Below are positions 11,631 through 22,238 of a stretch of 49,173 nucleotides of DNA, piece after piece. The position numbers were made by a program, and so were the translations under genes. The DNA comes from Octopus bimaculoides (taxonomy: Eukaryota): NCBI RefSeq assembly GCF_001194135.2, contig NC_068987.1, positions 74,349,522 to 74,398,694 on the forward strand, written 5' to 3'. The notes beneath the pieces are model-generated. The model searched no databases, was not told the origin of the DNA, and worked only from the letters and a program-made list of their open reading frames with translations. Numbering within the stretch: position 1 is the stretch's first letter; the number at the start of each line of letters is the position of its first letter.

Positions 11631-11885
11631 GACGCCACGGTCTGTGACTCTTTTACTCTCTTCCACGTCCTGGATGCTAAGCTAAATGGTAGGATCACTG
11701 CTTCCATAGCAAAATGGAACAAAACCCTGAAGTATTGGGACCTGGCAGTGAATTAGCTCTTCCAGCCTGTAACATCTGAGACATTTTTAGGGACTGGGCT
11801 ACTAACCGCAAAATTCTTGTCGTCGTTGGCAACTCACCTCACCAAGGTGTCAGGTAATGCCCGTGAGGGTGCTTGGCTCTTGTAA
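11631..11885 (+). mobile_element. Fragment of a CRE/R2-group non-LTR retrotransposon (restriction-like endonuclease C-terminal region)
   Basis: One frame with one internal stop: DATVCDSF…KTLKYWDLAVN*LFQPVTSETFLGTGLLTAKFLSSLATHLTKVSGNAREGAWL. This matches the family pattern WDAT.xD…KY..L….FxPxAxETxG…G..RE.AWL. Confidence 0.7.
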
Positions 11886-12139
11886 ATATTATTCAAAGAT
11901 AAAATAGCTCTAGTTGTTTGATTTGGCTTCAAAATGCTGTAAAAACAACGAAGTCTTCAGCAATATCCCTATACTTTGATAAATAATAGGATTCCTCAAC
12001 CGAACAACTATACTAAGTGTCAACTAACCAAAGTGGATTCATATCAAATCCACTTTGACATGATAGGGAGAGAATTAGTTCAAATACAGTCACAATATGA
12101 ACAATTCCATATAACTGAGGCCAATAGAAAGAGTTGTGA

Positions 12140-12300
12140 AAGTATGTAACTAAGTGGTTAGGACATTAGAGTCATGATCAATAGTTCATGGGATCAATTT
12201 ACAGACCATGTGAAGAATTGTGCTCTTCAGTAAGACATTTCATTTCACATTGCTCCAGTCCATCACACTTGAAAATAAGTTCAAGCAACAGCTAGGAGGT
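12140..12300 (+). mobile_element. Degraded tRNA-derived SINE family E
   Basis: Head taagtggttaggacattagagtcatg; core agtaagacatttcatttcacattgctccagtcca, the reverse complement of the core at 14160-14200. Confidence 0.55.
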
Positions 12301-13227
12301 AACTCTGTAAAAGACAGTTGTGCTATTCTGGTGTGAGTCATAGTCTTATCACTTAATACCTCAGAAATCCAGATGACTCAGAGCCTCATGATAATCTAAG
12401 CTGAAGGTATACTTTCTTCTTTATAGCAGGACTTAAACAAAGCACTGAAATATAATGTAATGCTCATATAACAATGAACTGTACCTTCTCATGTGTATGT
12501 ACACTAAAACATTCAGACAGCAATGAGTTATACAAATTCACACTATTTACCTACAACTGCCTGTACTTTCCTATTATAATTCCATTAACATCTAGGTTTA
12601 ATAGTATCATCAGTGCCATTATGATTTTCATATCTATTTTTCTATGCTTGCAGAGGTCAGATGTGTTGAGGAAGATTTTCAACAGCTGCATGCCCATCCT
12701 GTTGCCAACCCTCATCTAGCAAGTTAATATATATTTCCTCATGGCCAGATATGATTTCCTGAAAGACTGGAAACGAGAGAAACTGCTTGTATAATGGTGA
12801 TACACGTTTATATCAATTGTGTGCTGTCAATACAAAGAGCGACACTCATACACAGGTGCACACACAGAGTTTCTGTCTACCAAATTCACTCACAAGGTTT
12901 TGGTCAGTCCAGAGCCACAGTAGAACCAAAGCCTTGTGAGTGGAGAATATTAAACCACTAAGAGTGACTTTATTGACTTCAGAAGGGTGAAAGATAAAAC
13001 TGATTATAGTGAGATCTGAACTCAGAACAAACTATCATAACATTTTGCCCAACACTACCATTTCTTCCAAACCACCATTTTAGTTTTGAAGATGTTAAAT
13101 ATCTTGGCCTAACCTTCAGCACTGTACTGGTGATAGTTTTTCAACTATTGAACTTCCTTATAGTACACCACTCACTACTAACTCAGCTAGCTTATATACA
13201 GCTAACTCTATCATGGTTTAGTGTATA

Positions 13228-13815
13228 CAGTAATCCCTTGACTGTCACGAGTGTTACATTACAAGACTCCCAATGATAGGTGAAAACCTGTGAAGTAGAA
13301 ACAGTGCTGTGCTATATATTTTTACTTCTGTCTTAGCGAAGGCAGAAGTATTATTTTCAGTCATGTCTGTTTGTTTGTCTATGGACAAGATGTCTCAAGA
13401 ACTGCTGGTTGGATTTGAATGAAACTTTCAGGAATGTTTGGCTTTGTGACTGGCATGAATTGATTAGATTTTGGGATCAATCCAGTACTGGACATGGATT
13501 CTGGATTATTTTTCCTGTTCTTTTACTTAATTTTTGAGAATTGTCGGGTTCATTTTTAGTATTCTTGTTTGTGAGAGCAGTCGAGTTTATTTCAGATACT
13601 CTCATTTTAAAAACTATCTCTGGCTAATTGTTGAAAGGACGTTGGTGTTACCTTGGCAGAGGTTTGTGCTCTCTGAGTGCTCTGGTTTTTTATTGTTTTT
13701 ATAATTTGCATATATTTATTTTTATTAGAAATGCAAAACAACACCATGGAGGAATTGACAGAAGCTTAAATAATAAACCGCGGGAAGTGAACTGTGATAT
13801 GGCGAGGGATTACAG
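13228..13815. mobile_element. pogo/Tigger-like MITE interrupted by a HINE-like insertion
   Basis: Left end ta|cagtaatcccttgactgtc, right end gatatggcgagggattacag|ta; TA flanks. Confidence 0.65.
13319..13688 (+). mobile_element. Helentron-associated non-autonomous element (HINE/DINE-1-like)
   Basis: 5' palindrome acttctgtct-tagcga-aggcagaagt (13324-13349), then a (gttt/gtct) microsatellite, 3' subterminal IR ggcagaggt (13655-13663), short 3' stem gtgctc-tct-gagtgc, and T-rich flanks. Confidence 0.75.
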
Positions 13816-14104
13816 TAATCTACGACTCATGAGGCTACTTATGCATAGCAAATAAGTGACTGAGATCACAATATTCTCTCTGAATAGGATACAGATTCAT
13901 GACAGGGTTACTTATTTACAGCCAGTAGGACTGGAACAACATGAAACAAAGTGTTTTGTTTGACTACTGAGCTGTCAAACAGTAAACTACACACTATTAA
14001 ACTCATCTACCTACATACATCATGCCTTAGTGTCTATCATGTCTTAGTGTCTGATCTAGGACAAGGCTGGTTACCCAAATTCCTTGGTGTGTAAGTGGCC
14101 GAGA

Positions 14105-14289
14105 TCAAAACATTCCCCCTGAACAGGATGCCAGTTCATCCCAGAATTATCATTTACAGTTGACTGGACTGGAACAATGAGAAAAAGTATTTCACTCAAA
14201 AACACAATACCCCACCCAGTTCAAGAATTGAAACCACAATTTACTGTTTATGAGTCTAACACTCTAACCACTACGCCACGTGCCTTCAC
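14105..14289 (-). mobile_element. tRNA-derived SINE family E
   Basis: Minus-strand head gtgaaggcacgtggcgtagtggttagagtg… ggtttcaattc (A/B boxes); core ttgactggactggaacaatgag. Confidence 0.7.
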
Positions 14290-15719
14290 AATATATAAAC
14301 ATATTCACAAATTCAATTGATGCCAATGAATGCATTAGCAAAGAGAAAGTGATAAATCTAGTTTTTGGTTTGTTATTGTTTTATTTCTCCATTTTTATAA
14401 AGAACTTTATAATAATTTCCTTCCATTGTTAAGTCACACATCATTAATATGTATTTTGATTATCCAATCATTTTCCAGTGTTATTATTTTTCTAGAATTT
14501 AAATATTCACAGAAAAAGAGAAACCATTGCTTTTCATTTAAATTTATTGGTTATTAAGGAAAAGGAAACAAAATATTTATGCATAGAAATTCATTATGCT
14601 AATTACAAGATGACATGTTTCATATTAAAACAAATCGGTCAATGTATTTTATCTAAATTCAAAATATAATTAAATATATGTGCTTAAAAGTGTGTGTGTG
14701 TGATGCATGGGAGTAAAGAGGGAGACAAGTGTGTGTTTATAAATTAGAGTTACAAATTCAGCTGGTTCCAAATAAAGTAATTGATATATTTATCTTGTTA
14801 CATGTCACTAAACGTGTTTTGACATTAATGTCATTAGATTTTTAACAAAGTCAAAATATGCAGAATTCTTCTCCTCACTATACTTGCTACAAAGATCATA
14901 TTACAAACAGTGTATGTGTGTGTAGTGCAGTGTAATTTGTATGAGAAACTAAAATAAACACAATTTATTGTGAACATTAGAAATAGCCTATTCCCTACTT
15001 TAGTACTAACTGTTGTAGTTACAGTTTCTTATTTATTTTTTCCATTTCATAAATTAAACATGACAGTTCAGCTGAAAACATAAAAAAAGGACCATTATAA
15101 AATTAACAAATAATAAAAAAATATATAAAAATAGAATTAAAAAATGTACAATTACAGTCACCTTGAAGAAACCATATGCAAGTTTGTAATCAAACCACAC
15201 NNNNNNNNNNNNNNNNNNNNNNNNNNNNNNNNNNNNNNNNNNNNNNNNNNNNNNNNNNNNNNNNNNNNNNNNNNNNNNNNNNNNNNNNNNNNNNNNNNNN
15301 NNNNNNNNNNNNNNNNNNNNNNNNNNNNNNNNNNNNNNNNNNNNNNNNNNNNNNNNNNNNNNNNNNNNNNNNNNNNNNNNNNNNNNNNNNNNNNNNNNNN
15401 NNNNNNNNNNNNNNNNNNNNNNNNNNNNNNNNNNNNNNNNNNNNNNNNNNNNNNNNNNNNNNNNNNNNNNNNNNNNNNNNNNNNNNNNNNNNNNNNNNNN
15501 NNNNNNNNNNNNNNNNNNNNNNNNNNNNNNNNNNNNNNNNNNNNNNNNNNNNNNNNNNNNNNNNNNNNNNNNNNNNNNNNNNNNNNNNNNNNNNNNNNNN
15601 NNNNNNNNNNNNNNNNNNNNNNNNNNNNNNNNNNNNNNNNNNNNNNNNNNNNNNNNNNTATATATATACATACTCATCCCAGTGTCACATTAAAAGCACC
15701 CAGCACACATACACTGTAA

Positions 15720-15856
15720 AGTGGTTGGCATTAGGAAGGGCATTCAGCCATAGAAACCAAGCCAAATCAGACTGGAACCCGGTGCAGCTCTCCATCAAAT
15801 TAACCAACCATGCCAGCATGGAAAATGGATGTTAAGGATGATGATGAGGATGATAT
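15720..15856 (+). mobile_element. RTE-type 3' end with (GAT)n tail
   Basis: gtggttggcattaggaagggcattcagcc…ccatgccagcatggaaaatggatgttaaggatgatgatg. Confidence 0.8.
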
Positions 15857-16015
15857 ATGACAGGCTTCTTTCAGTTTCCATCAACTAGACCTACTTACAA
15901 GGCTTTGGTTGGCCTGAGACTATCGTAGAAAACACTTGCCCGAGGTTCTTTGCAGTGGGACTGAACCCAGAACCATGTGGTTGAGAAGCAAATTTCTTAC
16001 CACACAGGCATGCCT
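15857..16015 (-). mobile_element. SINE family A, 5' half
   Basis: Reverse complement of the head (ggtaagaaatttgcttctcaaccacatggttctgggttcagtcccactgc) plus the core. Confidence 0.8.
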
Positions 16016-16854
16016 GTGCTTTTCTTTTTTTTTTTTTGTTATATCACTCCTCCACAGCATGGAGNNNNNNNNNNNNNNNNNNNNNNNNNNNNNNNNNNNN
16101 NNNNNNNNNNNNNNNNNNNNNNNNNNNNNNNNNNNNNNNNNNNNNNNNNNNNNNNNNNNNNNNNNNNNNNNNNNNNNNNNNNNNNNNNNNNNNNNNNNNN
16201 NNNNNNNNNNNNNNNNNNNNNNNNNNNNNNNNNNNNNNNNNNNNNNNNNNNNNNNNNNNNNNNNNNNNNNNNNNNNNNNNNNNNNNNNNNNNNNNNNNNN
16301 NNNNNNNNNNNNNNNNNNNNNNNNNNNNNNNNNNNNNNNNNNNNNNNNNNNNNNNNNNNNNNNNNNNNNNNNNNNNNNNNNNNNNNNNNNNNNNNNNNNN
16401 NNNNNNNNNNNNNNNNNNNNNNNNNNNNNNNNNNNNNNNNNNNNNNNNNNNNNNNNNNNNNNNNNNNNNNNNNNNNNNNNNNNNNNNNNNNNNNNNNNNN
16501 NNNNNNNNNNNNNNNNNNNNNNNNNNNNNNNNNNNNNNNNNNNNNNNNNNNNNNNNNNNNNNNNNNNNNNNNNNNNNNNNNNNNNNNNNNNNNNNNNNNN
16601 NNNNNNNNNNNNNNNNNNNNNNNNNNNNNNNNNNNNNNNNNNNNNNNNNNNNNNNNNNNNNNNNNNNNNNNNNNNNNNNNNNNNNNNNNNNNNNNNNNNN
16701 NNNNNNNNNNNNNNNNNNNNNNNNNNNNNNNNNNNNNNNNNNNNNNNNNNNNNNNNNNNNNNNNNNNNNNNNNNNNNNNNNNNNNNNNNNNNNNNNNNNN
16801 NNNNNNNNNNNNNNNNNNNNNNNNNNNNNNNNNNNNNNNNNNNNNNNNNNNNNN

Positions 16855-16888
<34 letters not shown>

Positions 16889-17019
16889 CATACATACATA
16901 CATACATATTCATCCCAGTGCCACATTATTATAGCTTTCGGCTGACCAATGCCTTGTGTGTAAATTTGGTAGATGGAAACTGTAAGGAAGCTTGTTGCTT
17001 TTTTTTTTTTTTACTCATT

Positions 17020-17372
17020 TCAGTCATTGGACAGATGCCATAATGGGACACTGCCTTGAAGGTTTAGATGAATAAATCAAGCCCAAGGCTATCTTTTTGA
17101 AAGTCTGATGATTATTCTATCACCCTACTTTTGCCAAACTGCCAAGTTATGGGGATGTAAATGAACCAATACTGGTTGTCAAATGGTTGTGGGGGACAAA
17201 TACACACACATGTATGGTATCTTTCAATTTTTGTCTCCCAAATCCACTCACAATGCTTTGGTCAGCCTCAGGCTACAGAAGAAGACACATATCCAAAGAG
17301 GTGCACAGTGAGACTGAACCCAAAACGATATAGTTGAGAAGCAAACTTCTTACCACATACCCATGCCTGTAG
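17020..17372 (-). mobile_element. SINE family A, old near-full-length copy
   Basis: Tail ttactcatttcagtcatt through head ttcttaccacatacccatgcctg; CpGs decayed. Confidence 0.7.
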
Positions 17373-18079
17373 CAGGAATATTGGTAGAACCAAATACCAA
17401 CTCACTGCCTAGGAACTAGACCTGAATGACTGAGTTCAGATGTACAAAGAACTAAACAATAAACAGGATTTTGTCAAGGATTGGTGACATGAGTAAATTT
17501 CTGATAAACACATTGAGAACTATTTTGTTTTTTTATCAGTAGCTAGTTGACCAGCAAAACAAGACAATAGATTTGTTGAAATTTTATTAACAATTACATC
17601 TTTGGAGCCTTTTCTTTGACAGACATCAGTTATAAATAGATGGTTTATTTGCTAGCTAGTCAGTGGTTGCAGCCAGCCAAGGCCAATGAATAAAAGACAA
17701 CTTAATCTTTGTGAAACACACTGCTGCTGTTTTGTAGACACACTACAACTCAATATGAGAGTATCTTTACATAATTGTCCAACCTGCTAGAAATAACAGT
17801 GAAATCTTCAAATTACACCCTGTTGTCTAAAAATGAAGGACAGTTTGAAACATAGGGTCCTAGAAACATTCAATTTGAATGAAAAATTGGGCTGGTCATT
17901 GATGGAAAGTTACTGACCATAGGTGCAATAAGCATCTAAAACAACAAGAGGCATGAACGGGTTGAACTGGACCTAAACAACAGAGGTACGGATGAGGATG
18001 TTTTCTTTGCACCTGAAGACTCACAGACATGTTAAATAAGAGTTAACATCAAGAAAGTAACATACAACCATTACAACAC

Positions 18080-18480
18080 ATTTATGGTGTGGCTGTGTGG
18101 TAAGAGGTTTACTTCCAAACTACATGGTTCCAAGTTCAGTCCCACTGCATGGCACCTTGGGCAAGTGCCTTCTTCTATGTCCTCAGGCCAACCAAAGCCT
18201 TGTGAGTGGATTTGGCAGATGGAAACTGAAAGAAGGCTGTTATGTGTGTGTGTGTTTGTGTGTGTGTCTGTCCCTCCCCACCGCTTGATAACTGGTATTG
18301 GTTTGTTTAATTCTCCATAAACTAACAGTTCGGCAAAAGAGACTAACAGAGAAAATAAGTACCAGGCTTTAAAAGAAAAATAAAAATAAAATATACTGGA
18401 GTCAATTCATTCAACTAAAACCCTTCAAGATGGTGCCCCAGCATGGTCGCAGTCTAATGACTGAAACAAGTAAAAGATAC
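18080..18480 (+). mobile_element. SINE family A, near-full-length
   Basis: A-box-like tggctgtgtggtaag, B-box-like agttcagtccc, CORE-like ccttgggcaagtg, internal (GT)n, tail gactgaaacaagtaaaagata. Confidence 0.85.
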
Positions 18481-18627
18481 CATTAGGTAGTAAGTACTAC
18501 GTGATGACTGAAACAAAGGAAGGAACTAAAAGATATCTTTGAGCTAATCATAACCACTAGCCTTGATGTGTCAAGTGTAAAGAACTTTGGAACTAGAGGA
18601 GTTTGTTATCAGTAAAGTAATATTAGC

Positions 18628-18659
<32 letters not shown>

Positions 18660-18910
18660 TTAAATATTTCTGTCACAGTTTGATCTTTATCACTGTAATG
18701 ATTCAGTCTAGTGTTACAGTTTTCATATTAAAAGAAAGAAAGAAAGAAGGAAGGAAAGAAAGGAAGGCAGGAGGAAAGAAAGAAAGTTGGAAAAGAAGAA
18801 AAATAGGAATAAACAAAGGAAATAAAGGAGGAAGGAAAGGAAAAAACAGGATGAATGGAAGGAGGAAGGAAAGAGAGGGGAAAAGGACAGAAAGAATAAA
18901 GAAAAAGAGA
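18628..18910 (+). repeat. (AAT)n microsatellite and purine-rich (GAAA/GGAA) low-complexity tract
   Basis: Read directly. Confidence 0.9.
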
Positions 18911-19334
18911 GCTGTTAATATTTTCAGAAGTAGAGTGCGAATAAATTAAATATTGGGGCTCTGGCCCACCCCTAACTTTTATGCCTTCAGTTTATATATT
19001 TACTCAAAGTACATAGAACATTATATGACCACCCCTACATGCCTCAGTCATATTTTCTATCATCATCATCATCATCATCATGCAAGAGAAAGTGCCACCA
19101 CAAAGTGTTGTGGTTCACACTGCCCTTCTTTTATCTTACCTGTGCAGTGTTAAAATTTGCATAGGTAAGATTTTCTTTAGTCTAGTAGACAAGTACTTCC
19201 CCTGTACCAATAGGTTCAGCAAAATATTCAATATGCATACCTTGAGTTTTCCTTTTAGCAGTGCACCCACTATAAAAAAAGAAATTAGTAAGTAGGCCCA
19301 CACCTGAGACAGTGGCAAGATTCTCAGGTAGGGA

Positions 19335-19743
19335 TAACGCAACATGTCCACTGAATGGCTACTATAACATGGAGACTGTTGTATATGAGGAACAGTGGTA
19401 ACAGCCATAGGACCAAATGGGCAACCAAACGTGCAAAAGTACATGGAAGCAACTGAAGGCCCCTTCAGAACCACAAGTCCTCCTTCAAAATCCTAGAGAG
19501 GTGTAATGCCACATTTAGTTTTTGAAAAAAAGCACCACCAAGTACAGCATTAAGTGGAAGATTCTGGAGAAATGCAAAGCACACTTCAAAAGCAGCAGAA
19601 AGTGCAGGTTATGCCTGGTTGAGAAAAGAGCGATTTTAGAGAGCACCCAACACCCAGGCATTTACCTGAATAGCAGAAGTGAAATTTTTAATCCTTGCCC
19701 ACATGAGAGGAAGTACATTCTATCATACCTGGGTGCCCCATAA
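19335..19743 (+). mobile_element. Penelope-like element fragment (GIY-YIG endonuclease C-terminal region)
   Basis: With frameshifts: CPLNG…ETVVYE/ATVVT…KYM.ATEGPFRT…YSIKWKILEKCKAHFKSSRKCRLCLVEKRAIL…LNSRSEIFNPCPH. This is the CPLxG / YIG / WxIL / CxLCxxEK / LNxRSE…CxH pattern of PLE endonucleases. Confidence 0.8.
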
Positions 19744-20412
19744 TGCCTATAATCACCAGTCCCCCAACTTTGGCCCTCCACTAATACCTGGGAGTCCAGC
19801 AAATAGTTTGACCAGAACATACACTAATGCACCCACAAACACACCTACCCAATAGCCTTTTTTCCACCCCCACCTCACCCCCAATAGAATCCCCCACATA
19901 TATTGTACCCCTACACACACTGTATGCACGCATAAAGGTCCCGCGAATTCAACCAATACATAAAAAAAAGGAAACATACTAACAAACACACTCCATGTTA
20001 TTGCATCATATCACATCTAGGACAATAGATTGTGTCTGAGCAGTTAACAGAGTAACTGCTTTAACACTTGATTTGTTTTATTATGTGTCGTTATTATTGG
20101 CACTCAGTAGACATTGTAAACGTTAATGTGCTTGGAATTGTTTCTTGCACACAAATCCTTTGTAAAATCCTTTGCAAAGGTTTAAAGTTCAACATAACTT
20201 TCATGATGACCCATCTTTGCTCTACTGCCTTGCTTTCCTCTTGATGACCTCTTTTCAGTCAAATTGAAAGAGCAATGTACTATACAGCTTGTGCTTGTAG
20301 TTAAATCTAACAGTTCTGGTGACAGACACAGCAAGTAGTACTCGTGATGTTCTGCATTCACGAAGAGTGATATTCTTTGTTCACAAAATGAAGTGGTCCT
20401 ATTACTTTAGGT

Positions 20413-20615
20413 TAGTGGTTCTCAACCGGGGTCCATATAAGATTTTTGTGGGGTCAACGCAACAAAATAGTAAATTGGGGATCCACAATAGTATTTCAAG
20501 GGGCCCTGAAAATGTTTTGCTTTAGATGTATGTACTGGTATTTATTGCAAGAAACAGCTAGGCTTCTTTCTCTAACATAGTAATCAAAGGGGTCCATAGT
20601 GGTTGAGAAACCCTG
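20413..20615. mobile_element. hAT (Charlie-like) MITE
   Basis: TIRs tagtggttctcaacc / ggttgagaaaccctg; degenerate 8-bp TSD ctttaggt / ctttagac (6 of 8 match). Confidence 0.75.
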
Positions 20616-21031
20616 CTTTAGACGGAAATCAGAAAATGAATATGGTGGACGAGTATTACCAATGAGGGGTGGTGGTGCTGAATGACGTGGGAGAAAGTAC
20701 TGTGTGATAAAAGCTAGAAACAAGAAGGTTAGTTGAATTGATGCACACACCAACAAGAGCAGAAGAGAGCACACGTAGGAGTTGGCAAGAATAATGAGAG
20801 CAGTGAAAAATAAAATCGGTTGAATTGGTCCACGGTGGACAAGGAAGAAAAACGTAGATGTTGACAAAAATATTGTTGGTGTGTGTATTGCTTCTAACTT
20901 TTATCACACAGTACTTTCTCCCACGTCATTCAGCACCTCCACCCCTCATTGGCAATACACCTCCACCGTATTCATTTTTCTGATTTCCATCTAAAGCAGG
21001 GGGTTCTCAAACATTTTTACTTATGGACCCC
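20589..21031. repeat. Long inverted repeat: ~130-165 bp arms around a ~120-bp spacer
   Basis: 20616-20719 is the reverse complement of about 20891-20996 with few mismatches; similarity extends outward into the MITE ends and inward to cacacaccaac / gttggtgtgtg. Confidence 0.9.
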
Positions 21032-21075
21032 CTTGGTTACTATTCTATTCTGGTGGACCCCCATAGCCATTCGAT
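20997..21075. mobile_element. One end of a related hAT MITE
   Basis: cagggggttctcaaac…tatggacccc…ggtggaccccc; the other TIR is not found. Confidence 0.6.
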
Positions 21076-21212
21076 GTTTATAAACTAGTCTTATAGATGT
21101 TTTTCTTAGTTAAAATCGTGCGGGTGTTAATATAAAAATTTACCGAAAAGGGATTTGGTGAGCTATGAGCAACGAAACTCTATACAGAATGGTGACGACC
21201 ATGCATATTAAA

Positions 21213-21305
21213 GGGCGAAAGTAAAGAATACTCGGTGGTTAGGGTTGAGGGATAGGGTTTTTGTTATGCCGAAAACGGGCGGTGTATGTATTCTTTACCT
21301 CCACC
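21213..21305. mobile_element. Small TIR element (MITE-like)
   Basis: gtaaagaatac (21221-21231) and gtattctttac (21288-21298) are inverted repeats; interior ggttagggtt; the same end motif recurs at 35057-35075. Confidence 0.5.
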
Positions 21306-21344
21306 TATTAATGTTCCTCGCTAAAGGTATATTTCTAAAGACAA

Positions 21345-21498
21345 TGTGTAGCAATCCTTCGGTATTTGTAGACAACATCACTCACCCACACAACCTACCC
21401 TCATAACATAGCTGAAGAAGCTAGGCTGAAAATGAGGGTGAATGACGTCGTTTCTTCATACCGACGCCCTGTATACCAATACCGAAGGATCACACACT
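21345..21498. mobile_element. Small MITE-like element
   Basis: atccttcggtatttgtagac near the left end and gtataccaataccgaaggat near the right end form an imperfect ~20-25 bp TIR. Confidence 0.6.
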
Positions 21499-21500
21499 AT

Positions 21501-21506
21501 TTTAAT
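21501..21506 (-). terminator. Candidate NUPR1 polyadenylation signal (ATTAAA)
   Basis: First ATTAAA/AATAAA hexamer I found downstream of the predicted last exon; followed by gtgtgtg on the minus strand. Confidence 0.4.
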
Positions 21507-21915
21507 ACATGTACATGCATTACGATTTTAGTTTATAAAATTGTAAAAGTTTACCTGAATTTCTGAAAAGGTGGAATTACAAGCTGTATCCAGAAAACAG
21601 CGTTCATACTTTACAATTTTCTCAGGTGCAAAATTCCGTAAACAGAGTTTCTGTAACGCGAAGTTGATTACTGTATGTGTGGGAAGGGAACACATGCATA
21701 AATTCATATATACATGCATACATACGTACGTATATGCATAAATACATAAATATACACGCAAAGATATATGAGATATATATACTTGCATATATGCATAGAC
21801 AGTGAAGTGACTTAGAGTGTGTGACACCCAAGCACAAGAGTGCCGGCCCCAAAGAAATGTTCCCGCTCTGCTGGCATCTTTTTCGATGCAACACGTTTCC
21901 CTCCCAGTTACGTTA

Positions 21916-21974
21916 CTGCACAAAGATACATTTAAACACACACACACACGTGTGTGCGTGTGATTTTTACTTAC
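21916..21974 (-). other. NUPR1: Predicted 59-nt intron in the NUPR1 3' UTR
   Basis: TGA AAT|GTAAGT donor 3 nt after the stop codon; acceptor tttaaatgtatctttgtgcAG. No transcript evidence available. Confidence 0.6.
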
Positions 21975-21977
21975 ATT

Positions 21978-22238
21978 TCAGATGCCATCATTCACTTTTT
22001 TTGATGCCTGACCCTCCCCAGTCGGAGTATGTGGTTTCTGGGTGTTATGACTGTTATTAATAAGTTTAGTAACAGCTTTGCGTGTATGTCCACCGGGATC
22101 GGCATGGTTGGTATGTAAACAAGCTTCTTTCTTTGTCCGTCCTTTACCACTGTGACTGGAGTGAATAAACTTTTCTTGGTTAATATCATACTCGTCAAAG
22201 TCATCTGTGTATTCTGGTTTTTCTTCGTGCGAAGACAT
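21978..22238 (-). CDS. NUPR1: Nuclear protein 1 / p8 (Phospho_p8 family), 86 aa, single coding exon
   Basis: DEYD…IHSSHSGKGRTKKEACLHTNHADPGGHTRKAVTKLIN matches the p8 signature (human GRKGRTKREAAANTNRPSPGGHERKLVTKLQN; invertebrate HSGK.R.K.EA..HTNH.DP.GH.RK..TKL.N). Intact ATG to TGA. Confidence 0.95.
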   Translation of the reverse strand: MSSHEEKPEYTDDFDEYDINQEKFIHSSHSGKGRTKKEACLHTNHADPGGHTRKAVTKLINNSHNTQKPHTPTGEGQASKKVNDGI

